Assembly: GCA_016840095.1 (NCBI GenBank)
Contig: JAEOSZ010000073.1
Coordinates: forward strand, 1-36,256
From: Candidatus Heimdallarchaeota archaeon
GTDB lineage: Archaea; Asgardarchaeota; Heimdallarchaeia; Heimdallarchaeales; Heimdallarchaeaceae
Reading direction: 5' to 3'
DNA length: 36,256 bases
Part shown: in pieces, positions 17,228 to 25,919 of the stretch
Layout of the letters: each line of letters starts with the position of its first letter
Numbering within the stretch: the stretch's first letter is position 1
Position numbers and translations under genes: made by a program
The notes under the pieces: model-generated
Databases searched by the model: none
Told to the model about the DNA's origin: nothing
What the model saw: only the letters and a program-made list of their open reading frames with translations

Positions 17228-17566
17228 TTATGTTATTCCATTCGCTAATATTTTCTCTATTTGTTCCAAAGATATACTTGTTTTATCCCAAACAAGTTCA
17301 CTATTATCCAAAAATAGCTCAAATAGATTTCGTACACTCACTATGTTATTCTTGCTGTCCTCTAAAATCAGCTGATAACTTGTCCAGAAACCACATGCTG
17401 GGCAAAAGAATTCTGGATTCTTGTTAAAATCTTTTCTAATATTCAAAAGAAAATCTGCTAGTTCTTCTATGGAATTCATCTCGAACCCTTCTACCTTCTG
17501 AGCCTTACTCTCTCCAGTATTCGAATCAATGAAGTTATCGTACTCTACGATAGTTAGTTTCCACAT
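17228..17566 (-). CDS. Hypothetical protein with a single CPACG motif
   Basis: 112-aa ORF, protein-like composition, co-oriented with neighbours. Confidence 0.65.
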   Translation of the reverse strand: MWKLTIVEYDNFIDSNTGESKAQKVEGFEMNSIEELADFLLNIRKDFNKNPEFFCPACGFWTSYQLILEDSKNNIVSVRNLFELFLDNSELVWDKTSISLEQIEKILANGIT

Positions 17567-17645
17567 CTATGAATTCCTGCTAGATTCTCTAGCACACTAT
17601 AATAATCAAAATTGTTTAAAAACGCGAGAAAAAATAGATAGATAA

Positions 17646-20609
17646 TTACTCAAACCATTCTTCATCTTCTTCTTCATCTTCTACATCTTCAGCTTTCTTT
17701 ACTAGATCTTCTGCTTTTTTTACTAAATCTTCTGCGTCAAGAGTAAATGATATTGATTCTGAATCTAATACAACTTCATCAGAGTCTAATAAAATTTCGT
17801 CCATTTGTGGAGCATCCTCCATTACATTGACATCAAGGGTTTCAGCAGGTTTTAATTCCACTATTTCATCTTCAGGTGGAGGTCGTAAATCGATCAGTTC
17901 TCCATTAAACGCTGGGATTATTTCCTCCTCAATTTCCTCTTGTTCTGGAATTTCTACAAATTCTTCTCCGGGAATTATCTCTTCAAGAGGTTCTTCTTCG
18001 ATTTCATCTTCCTGTTTATCTGGAGGTTGGGGTATCCCCATTACTACTGATTCTACAGTCAAATCTTCTGTTTCAAGAATCACTTCATCAGATTCTAAGA
18101 TTACTTCATCTGGTGACTCAATTCTTCCCTTTTCAATTTCTTCTAAATCAGATTCAATTTCATGTAATTCTTGGTCCAAATCCGTACCATGATCCAAATC
18201 CTCCAGCTGAACACCTAGTTCAGCTAGGTCTTCTTGTTTTAGAGTGAATTCATGTTCAAACCCAGTCATTTCTTCTTCTTTAGCATCTAATTGTATCTCA
18301 TCTGCAACCAGATCCACAGTTTCTGTTTCATGTAAATCAAGAGCATCATCATAGGATCTAGCCACTGGAATACCATAAGTTTCGATGTAAGCTAAAAGCT
18401 TTGGATCTTTTGCTCGAATCAGACTATCTATTCTTTTTAATTCACCATCTACCTGAGTGATGATTTCCTCTGCTGAAGCTTGTTCAGCTCTTTCTAGTAG
18501 AGCTCTTAAATCACTCTCTACTTGAGCAATTACATCTTCTAGTTCTCTCAAACTTGCATCAAGATCTAGGTCCAATTTTTGCTGCTTTGTTCTTTCTTGT
18601 AAAATACCCTCTTGTAAGAAGTAAATAATCGAGATCCTGTCTAAAACCTCAATATGTATATCTTTGGATCCTACAGGTTCGATTTTAGGGATGAATTTTC
18701 TTAGAGTATTAACATATTTTTCAAATTGATTTTTAAGATTGAACGTGATTTTTTCAGTGATAGCTATAATGATCCTATCCTCTATCATATCAATGAGTAA
18801 ATCTCGGCCTTCTTGTGTCACTTCACTCAGAACAAGATCTTCTTCTAATACACTTTGAGAGAAGGTATTAATTGCTGCTACCAACATTGGAACTAGTGAA
18901 GCTTCGTCTTGGTATTCGTGTTTTGTTGTAAAACGATACTTCATAACTGCAGAATCTGCATCAACAAGTGCTAACCCATAAAGCTTTGAGCCAACAACTT
19001 TTGGAGCTTTTACAAACTTGAAACCTTGGTACTTCTTCAGAGTTTCAGACATTCTGTCAGATTTTTCAAAACCCTTTTCTTCTAAAATTGAAGCAAATCT
19101 TTCAATCTTCTGATCTTTATCAATTTCGCTTAGAAGAGTTTGAGCTTCCCTTTGCACCTTTGGATAGTTGAACTTTTTAGCTAATTCATAAGCATCAGCT
19201 ATTGTTTCCATTGCTTTTTCAGGTTTATTTCCGTGAATTAGAAGCAATCCTTTTAGCATCTGGATATCGCACATTAATCTTGGGATAAATTGCTCTTCAG
19301 AAAGATAAGTTAAGTTATTTAGATATCCCAATACTGCTGAATAATCTGTTAGCTCATTATTTTCGTTAAACCTTTCAAGATGTAATCCAGCTAACTCAAA
19401 TTGAGCTTTGATTAGAAACTCTACGTTATCTAAATCTGATGCCGCTTTATTTGAAATTTCGAATGCTCTTATTGCATCATCTATCATTCCTCTCTTCTTA
19501 TTGAGAAGACCTTCATAGTAGTAGATATTCGGTTTTACTCTTAATTCTCCCACTTCATCCAACTTGATTTTGCACATCTGGATAGATGTTTCAGCTAATT
19601 CATAATTATCTCTTTCAATAGCTATCCAAGCTGATAATAAATAAGGTTGAATAAGATTCAATTCCATTTCTTCATCCAGTCTAAGTGCGACATCTAACAT
19701 TTCCCTTGCTTCTTCATATCTCTCTAAAAGAAGACATAATTCTGCGATATTTGATGCACTTACTGCTTTAGCTCTCGGATTCTTTGAGACAAGTTTGTGG
19801 ATTTGTCTTAGTAGTCGTATTGATCTTTCAAAATCTCCTCTTGCTAATTCTAACTTTGCTGAGTTATTAAGAAGACTAGCTCTATCAGCTGCCAAACCAG
19901 TTTCTTCAGTTGGAACGATAGCTGCATTGAGCATTTTTTGAGCTTTTTTAAACTCACCTTTGTTGATGAAAACTGTAGTAATTAGGTTGAGTGCAACAGA
20001 TTGAAAATAGGGATCTCTTTGTTTTACGGCACTTTGAAGAACTCGTCTAGCTAGATCTTCTACTCTGTCAAAATCACTTACAAGAAGGAAGCCTTGAGCT
20101 GCCAGAGTGTAAATTAGGAAACAAGTAAGTTTTCCTTCAAATTCATCAATATAGGTGGCAATGTGATGATCAATTTCATCAACTGTAGTCAAAGCCATTG
20201 GGTAATTTTGTTCACCATAGAGTAATAAGAATTCCAGACTTGCAGTTACAAAAGCATTTCTAGGAGAATCTAAAGCATCATCATATTTCTGTTGAAATTG
20301 AAGCTTCAAACTAACTATTTTATTGGTCATATTGAGTCTTGAATAAGCATAAGCTCGATAGAGATAATATTCAGGTCTAGTTAGAGCTTCTGTTAATTTT
20401 AACAAAGAACGAAAATCTCTCGTACAGATTGCAGCATCGATTGCTAAATCCTGTAAATCTGCACTAACAAAGTTTGTTGTAGAATGCTCAATACATGCTT
20501 TGGCAAAATTATTTAGAGCATGCTTGTCTTGTTCAATTGATTCAACAAGGTTTACAATAAAAGGATCTGTGAATGTTTTTTCATGTCGAACGTTGAACGG
20601 TGCGAACAT
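17646..20609 (-). CDS. TPR-repeat protein with longin-like domain, coiled coil and long acidic disordered tail
   Basis: TPR helices over about residues 150-500 (ALNLITTVFINKGEFKKAQKML, LLNNSAKLELARGDFERSIRLL). Then LYGLALVD..VMKYRF..SLVPMLVAAINTFSQSV..LSEVTQEGRDLLIDMIEDRIIIAIT (beta-beta-alpha-beta-beta-beta-alpha). D/E-rich tail. AGGAG SD. Confidence 0.8.
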   Translation of the reverse strand: MFAPFNVRHEKTFTDPFIVNLVESIEQDKHALNNFAKACIEHSTTNFVSADLQDLAIDAAICTRDFRSLLKLTEALTRPEYYLYRAYAYSRLNMTNKIVSLKLQFQQKYDDALDSPRNAFVTASLEFLLLYGEQNYPMALTTVDEIDHHIATYIDEFEGKLTCFLIYTLAAQGFLLVSDFDRVEDLARRVLQSAVKQRDPYFQSVALNLITTVFINKGEFKKAQKMLNAAIVPTEETGLAADRASLLNNSAKLELARGDFERSIRLLRQIHKLVSKNPRAKAVSASNIAELCLLLERYEEAREMLDVALRLDEEMELNLIQPYLLSAWIAIERDNYELAETSIQMCKIKLDEVGELRVKPNIYYYEGLLNKKRGMIDDAIRAFEISNKAASDLDNVEFLIKAQFELAGLHLERFNENNELTDYSAVLGYLNNLTYLSEEQFIPRLMCDIQMLKGLLLIHGNKPEKAMETIADAYELAKKFNYPKVQREAQTLLSEIDKDQKIERFASILEEKGFEKSDRMSETLKKYQGFKFVKAPKVVGSKLYGLALVDADSAVMKYRFTTKHEYQDEASLVPMLVAAINTFSQSVLEEDLVLSEVTQEGRDLLIDMIEDRIIIAITEKITFNLKNQFEKYVNTLRKFIPKIEPVGSKDIHIEVLDRISIIYFLQEGILQERTKQQKLDLDLDASLRELEDVIAQVESDLRALLERAEQASAEEIITQVDGELKRIDSLIRAKDPKLLAYIETYGIPVARSYDDALDLHETETVDLVADEIQLDAKEEEMTGFEHEFTLKQEDLAELGVQLEDLDHGTDLDQELHEIESDLEEIEKGRIESPDEVILESDEVILETEDLTVESVVMGIPQPPDKQEDEIEEEPLEEIIPGEEFVEIPEQEEIEEEIIPAFNGELIDLRPPPEDEIVELKPAETLDVNVMEDAPQMDEILLDSDEVVLDSESISFTLDAEDLVKKAEDLVKKAEDVEDEEEDEEWFE
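17686..17735 (-). repeat. 21-bp imperfect coding tandem repeat (AEDLVKK x2 + AED)
   Basis: TCTTCAGCTTTCTTTACTAGA / TCTTCTGCTTTTTTTACTAAA / TCTTCTGC. Confidence 0.8.
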
Positions 20610-20740
20610 CTATGAATCTCCTTAATCAATGTAATATATAGTATTCTCTAATTATATATGCGAGTAACACTCTGGAATTCTAATAGTTCATTACTAGTTT
20701 TGCATATTTAAACGTTCATTTAGAAACCAATGCGCCTGAC

Positions 20741-22081
20741 TTAAATCTGCAAAGATTCATCTTCAGGCAAAGTATCTTTTTTTTCAGAATTTTTACCTCT
20801 AAGTAGTCTTTGAGCGATTATAGGAATCAATATTGCTATTGGATATCCTAGAGTAGCTATTGGGAAAGTCCAAGCAAGTAATGCTTCATAAATGAACACT
20901 CCAGACATAGTCCCCAGTGCTCTCGTTAATCTTCTACCAGCAGATACAAAACCCGTTGACGTTCCCCGGTATTTGGGTGGTAACCAACTATAAAAGAAAG
21001 TATTCCAGGTGGGTCTGGACATATTTGCAGCTGTTCCTCTTAACACAAAGAATACTGCAACAAAAGCTAATGTTGGTCCTAGAGTAATTCCTAAAGCTAA
21101 AGCTGGGACAGCAAAATGTAATATTGCCAGAACTTTTTCATTACCCATTTTGTTACTCCAAGGTAAAACTACAAGACTTCCAACAGCTATTCCTACATTA
21201 GATGCTGAAAGAATGTATGCCCATTCTAAATCTGTTGCACCTAGCTCATCAATAATGAAGTACCGAATATAAGGTATAGCTACACCTGAAGTAAATCCAA
21301 TAATAGCTTCGCATATGAAAAATGCAGCTAATTGAATACCAATTGGTTTTTTACCAGTCTTCTCAAATTGCTTCCAATCATCATCTTTTGTCATTTCTTT
21401 TGCTTCTTCTTTTGTTGTATCTGGTATTGGAAACTTGAAGGCAAGAAGCATAGTAATTAGTAGAAAAATAGCTACACCGAGAATAAGAAACATGTAACCA
21501 CTTCTTAGCTGAAGATAGAGTGGAGAATGTTCAACAAATAAGGTAGTTGGAGAATTGAGATAGCTCTGGAAGATTGGGTACTTTATACTAAACAAGGTTA
21601 GAAAAGCTCCTCCAATCAAAGGAGTAAATACTCCAGTTAAATTCCAAAAGAAAGCCATTATGCTGAAGAACTTAGTTTTATCTTTTTTCGAAGGACTAAC
21701 ATCTGCTAGAAGAGTAGTAAGAGAGATTTGAGCCAAAGAACCTGAAACTCCGAACAATGAGTAAGCTGCTATCATCCACCCTTTTATTTCAGTAAAACTG
21801 GATATATAGAACAAGAACATTGACACGCTTGCTAGTCCTATTCCAGCTATCATAGTATACTTTCTTTTTCTAACATCAGTTATGTATCCAAGACCTAAAA
21901 CTACTCCAGTAGCTAGGTAACCTGAAACAGAAAAGAGTAATCCATAAGAAAAACTATCCCAACTGAGAAAAATCACAAATAAAGGAACAACATAGCGAAC
22001 CATACGATTACTAAAACCAATCAAAACTCTGAAAAAAATGATAGAGTTTACTTTAGTACCATTTGTATGATTTCTAAGCAT
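20741..22081 (-). CDS. MFS transporter
   Basis: About 12 TM segments; motif A variant GYITDVRKRK; LLADVSP; PPKYRG. Confidence 0.88.
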   Translation of the reverse strand: MLRNHTNGTKVNSIIFFRVLIGFSNRMVRYVVPLFVIFLSWDSFSYGLLFSVSGYLATGVVLGLGYITDVRKRKYTMIAGIGLASVSMFLFYISSFTEIKGWMIAAYSLFGVSGSLAQISLTTLLADVSPSKKDKTKFFSIMAFFWNLTGVFTPLIGGAFLTLFSIKYPIFQSYLNSPTTLFVEHSPLYLQLRSGYMFLILGVAIFLLITMLLAFKFPIPDTTKEEAKEMTKDDDWKQFEKTGKKPIGIQLAAFFICEAIIGFTSGVAIPYIRYFIIDELGATDLEWAYILSASNVGIAVGSLVVLPWSNKMGNEKVLAILHFAVPALALGITLGPTLAFVAVFFVLRGTAANMSRPTWNTFFYSWLPPKYRGTSTGFVSAGRRLTRALGTMSGVFIYEALLAWTFPIATLGYPIAILIPIIAQRLLRGKNSEKKDTLPEDESLQI

Positions 22082-22134
22082 GCTGATAACAAGCAGATTA
22101 AACTCGTTTAAAAAATGTTTTGAAAGTATCCAAG

Positions 22135-22959
22135 CTATTGCTTTTCAACCTTTCTGATAAGTTCAACTAATGGAAGACTATGTGCAGCAATGTTAGTTTC
22201 CAAATCAAAATATTCAGAATCTTTCACTGCTTTGTGGATGTTCGTGGTGATCTCACTTGCATGAGCTTTATCCTTTTCAGCTGCAACAAAAATACATTTA
22301 CTCTTGATCTTTGCTAAAACTTCATCTGTTATTCTGAACTTTCTCTGTGTTATCATTGTTTTACGAACTTTTTTAGCATCGTAACTGTCAAAGTAGCCCC
22401 AATATTTTTTGGCTTGTTCTTTCTGGGATCTATCGAGATAGATATAACGGATAACGAATTTTGCAATAGGTTTTACAAAGAATCTCCATACAGGTGGGAT
22501 ATTGATATAAACAAAAGGCCATGTATAACCAGGCACCTCAACTCGAAGAACTGGACCGACCATATAGGTAGTTCTGGGATTCATTATTCCCATACTCATT
22601 GCAAGCAAAGTAAAACCAGCACCATAACTAGATGCTATCATCAAATAGTCTTCTAGCATCAAGTAATCTATTACTTCAGCAATGTCTCTTGCGAATCGTT
22701 CTGGTCCTAGATCAGGTTTCTTTCTTAGTTGAGCTGTATGTTTTTCTCTTGTCTCTATAACGTAGATTCTATGATCTTTCATCATTTCTAACAAGACATC
22801 ATCCCAAGCGCTGGGCAAAGAGCCAAATCCTGGTAGTAAGACTAAAGTGTCTTTGATTTCTCCTTCGGGTTCGAAGTAAAGAACACGAAGAATATCCTGA
22901 CCATCTTCTGCAACCTGAACATGTAAAATAGAAGCAAATTCCTCGAATTTTGAACTCAT
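22135..22959 (-). CDS. Alpha/beta-fold hydrolase
   Basis: LVLLPGFGS oxyanion region; nucleophile elbow IASSYGA; AEKD acid; C-terminal AAH. Confidence 0.82.
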   Translation of the reverse strand: MSSKFEEFASILHVQVAEDGQDILRVLYFEPEGEIKDTLVLLPGFGSLPSAWDDVLLEMMKDHRIYVIETREKHTAQLRKKPDLGPERFARDIAEVIDYLMLEDYLMIASSYGAGFTLLAMSMGIMNPRTTYMVGPVLRVEVPGYTWPFVYINIPPVWRFFVKPIAKFVIRYIYLDRSQKEQAKKYWGYFDSYDAKKVRKTMITQRKFRITDEVLAKIKSKCIFVAAEKDKAHASEITTNIHKAVKDSEYFDLETNIAAHSLPLVELIRKVEKQ

Positions 22960-23030
22960 ATAGTGTTCTGAGGATTACTCTTTTTTAAATTTATTTCCAA
23001 AACACTATGAATTTGTTTCTTAATTTCAAT

Positions 23031-23906
23031 CTACAAATCAAAAATTGAGCTTACTACTTTCTTCAAAGCTGGGCAATCTTGTTTTACAGAAAATGTCATT
23101 CCATCTTGAATATTGGCAACTTCAGAAACTGTAACTACAAATTTGGCTTTATAAAAATCATCTGTCATAGAGGCTGGAATAAAACGTATGTAGATAACTC
23201 CATTAGCTGCTTCTATTAAGTCTCCAGAAGCAGTTTTCACTCTAACAGTATCATCGTTTTCATCATAGATTTTTATCTCTAGATTTTGTAGTGGAAAAAC
23301 TGTTCTATTTTCTATTTTAAAACTGATTTTCCAAGAGCTATTTGCTTTCTCTTTGGATAAAATCTTCAAATCGATATCAAGAGAAGTTTCCTGAATTTTT
23401 GGTTTAGGCATAGGTTTTGGTTTAGGTTTTGCATCAGCTTTTACAGCAGAACTGGTTTTATTTTTCTTAGTTTTTTCCTTACCTTCTTCTTGAACTTTAG
23501 TTCTTGGTGTGTAAACTGATTTTATCTTTAAAGCTGAAGGATTATCAATCCAATTAACAATAGTTTTCATGAAAGAATATTTTACAGGATTTAACAAGTA
23601 TCTTTTTACACCGAGTTCTTCTTGTTTTGTTCTCAAACCAAGTATAGCTAATTCCCTTACTTTTGATTTTGTTATCGAGAGACTCTTATGCAGTTCTTCT
23701 GTAACTTCTTCAATAGCTTTTATAGTACGCATATAGATATCATATCTGTCTTTGAAATTCGCAATGTATTTTTCTCTGGATTCGTTTTCTTTTGTTTTGA
23801 TAGCTCTTATTCCATTACAAGAAGTTGCAGTTTCTTTTATCTCATCATCTGTTAGTACTCTTTTGATATTTTTCATAGCAAGAGAAATTTCACTCGAAGT
23901 AGCCAT
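23031..23906 (-). CDS. Hypothetical protein: helical N-terminus, Lys/Pro-rich linker, beta-sandwich-like C-terminus
   Basis: AKPKPKPMPKPK linker followed by alternating beta-strand patterns (LDIDLKIL, WKISFKIEN, LEIKIY). Confidence 0.7.
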   Translation of the reverse strand: MATSSEISLAMKNIKRVLTDDEIKETATSCNGIRAIKTKENESREKYIANFKDRYDIYMRTIKAIEEVTEELHKSLSITKSKVRELAILGLRTKQEELGVKRYLLNPVKYSFMKTIVNWIDNPSALKIKSVYTPRTKVQEEGKEKTKKNKTSSAVKADAKPKPKPMPKPKIQETSLDIDLKILSKEKANSSWKISFKIENRTVFPLQNLEIKIYDENDDTVRVKTASGDLIEAANGVIYIRFIPASMTDDFYKAKFVVTVSEVANIQDGMTFSVKQDCPALKKVVSSIFDL

Positions 23907-23956
23907 TAACCCATCTTAAAACTATAGAGAATTCAATATAAAAGCCTAAAAAACGC

Positions 23957-24664
23957 TCAAAAAAGAGCTTTTTTTTGATCCCACCATCTTCTAAAATCTA
24001 TTTTTCTAGGATTACTATTTTTTTCTTTCAAATCCAGAGCATAATTCAATAAAAGAGAACCTTTTGCACGGATATATCCCCCTATTGGAACCTTGAAGAT
24101 CTGTTGGTTATGTTCTTTCTCTACAATTGGTTTTTGATTAACTGAAACTATGTTTGAAGATTCCGTTCTTAGGTTTGGATTGAAATGAATAACTTGATCA
24201 GAATTGGACGCAAGAATCCCTAAGTCTCCAAGTGCTGTTAAATAATTTTTTCCTAATGCAAGATAGACAAGATCATACTTTTTTTTAGCTAATTGTTTTG
24301 CTCCTTCAAGTATGAAAAGTCCTTCAGCCATAGTTAGTATCTCTTTTGTAGTTTTATCAGTAAAAGAACAGTCATAAGGAGGGAGAAGATCATGTTCATC
24401 TACTAAACCAAAGCCTGCTGAGAGAATTTTATAATCTACTGAACAATAAGTCCTTAAAACATCAACTGATTTTCGAATGAATTTAGCTTGTTCTCCAGTA
24501 TAGAGTAAACCAGCCTTAGTGTTGTGTTGTTTGAATTCTCTCTTAGCTGCTTCTCTTTGCTCATGTCCCTCTAGATCTTTGCAAGTGGGTTGATTTGGAA
24601 GAGATATAGTCTTGAGTTTCCCACATGAGCTTATTATCAGTACAGAAGGTAGATTTTGGTTCAT
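23957..24664 (-). CDS. YaaA/DUF6884-like protein
   Basis: IISSCGKLK...AGLLYTG...ILSAGFGLV...LPPYDCSF...LGKNY motif series. Confidence 0.65.
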   Translation of the reverse strand: MNQNLPSVLIISSCGKLKTISLPNQPTCKDLEGHEQREAAKREFKQHNTKAGLLYTGEQAKFIRKSVDVLRTYCSVDYKILSAGFGLVDEHDLLPPYDCSFTDKTTKEILTMAEGLFILEGAKQLAKKKYDLVYLALGKNYLTALGDLGILASNSDQVIHFNPNLRTESSNIVSVNQKPIVEKEHNQQIFKVPIGGYIRAKGSLLLNYALDLKEKNSNPRKIDFRRWWDQKKALF

Positions 24665-24755
24665 AGTGTCGATTTCTCCTGTTACAGGACTTATTGCACA
24701 TTCATTCTCTAGCAGTTATATTTATATTTCTGTTATCTAACAACCAGTTATTAGA

Positions 24756-25919
24756 GTGTGGTCCCTATTGCCTCGATCAGATGTCTCCAAATCCATTTCA
24801 ATTTTCAAAGACAAGAGTAAATCTGTTCAAGACATCCATGATAATGGATTTTGCAACTACTGTGGAGTCTGTAAATTAGTATGCCCAACTGATGCAATTG
24901 AATACAGAGGTGGAGAGATTCAAGTTAATAGCAAGTGCATTTTCTGTAGTAAGTGTTTAGATATTTGTTCTCAGAATCACAAAGAGAGATATGCTCCTAA
25001 CCTCACTGATAGAAGGGATAACTCCAAAATCAAACAATATGATAAAAAATTGAAACATGTACCACTTGGAGAATTTAGAGATATTTTTATTTGTGAGACT
25101 CTTAAGCCTCTAATTAAAGAAACAGCAATGGTAGGAGGAACAACCCTATCTATTCTCTCAACAGCTTTTGATATAGGCTTAATTGACACTGCAATAGTTA
25201 CTGATTTTGATAAAAATGAAACGTTTCCATCTGGAGTAATTGTAAAAACTGAAAAGCAACTTCTAAAAACAGGAGGGAGTAAATATCTACCCACATTATC
25301 TCTCGATAAATTAGGAGAAATCTTAACCGATGATAATGTGCATTCTGTAGGAATAACAACTCTTCCTTGCCAAGCTTATGTTATTGCAAAAATGAGAGAA
25401 AATCCCAGTACTGAAAAATATGTTTCCAAAATTAAACTAGTTCTAACTTTATTTTGTGGTAGCGGATTACCTTCAAGAGAGGATGTCATTAAATTCTTCA
25501 AGAAAACTGGGGTAGTTGATTCTTTAACAGATCTTTCAGTTCAAAGAAAAAAAATCAAGAAATACTGGAGATTGAATCCTCAGGATCAACAGAGGTATAT
25601 CTATACAACGAAGAAAGGAAAACAATTTGATTTCTCTGCAAGAAGAATCCTCACCAGTAAATCAAAACAAAACTGTAGAAGAGTTTGTCCTGATTATACT
25701 GGATATCACAGTGATATCTCAATAGGCGGATCTGGTCTGAAGTCGAATATAGCAATTATTCGAAGTCAGATTGGAGAAAAAGTTTTCCAAGAGTCTTTAG
25801 GAAGAAAGAACATCAAGAAGAAAAGATTTACTTGGTGGAACTATTTTCTAATAAATCTCATGGGAAAAAATAAGAGGAAACAAGTTAGAGAAATACTTCA
25901 AAAAGAGATTTTTACCTAA
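24756..25919 (+). CDS. FrhB/FdhB-family (F420-binding beta-subunit-like) protein with N-terminal 2[4Fe-4S] ferredoxin
   Basis: CNYCGVCKLVCP and CIFCSKCLDIC; GGTT; GSKY; LPCQ; LFC; CRRVCPD..SDISIGG. GTG start ~30 nt after an AT-rich TATA-like run. Confidence 0.85.
   Translation: MWSLLPRSDVSKSISIFKDKSKSVQDIHDNGFCNYCGVCKLVCPTDAIEYRGGEIQVNSKCIFCSKCLDICSQNHKERYAPNLTDRRDNSKIKQYDKKLKHVPLGEFRDIFICETLKPLIKETAMVGGTTLSILSTAFDIGLIDTAIVTDFDKNETFPSGVIVKTEKQLLKTGGSKYLPTLSLDKLGEILTDDNVHSVGITTLPCQAYVIAKMRENPSTEKYVSKIKLVLTLFCGSGLPSREDVIKFFKKTGVVDSLTDLSVQRKKIKKYWRLNPQDQQRYIYTTKKGKQFDFSARRILTSKSKQNCRRVCPDYTGYHSDISIGGSGLKSNIAIIRSQIGEKVFQESLGRKNIKKKRFTWWNYFLINLMGKNKRKQVREILQKEIFT

Noticed and set aside
24756-25919. 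Possible selenoprotein (UGA recoding) among redox genes
   Set aside because: Fe-S, rubredoxin and FrhB motifs are complete with Cys. UGA codons seen at gene ends fall at natural C-termini, several followed by terminator-like tracts.
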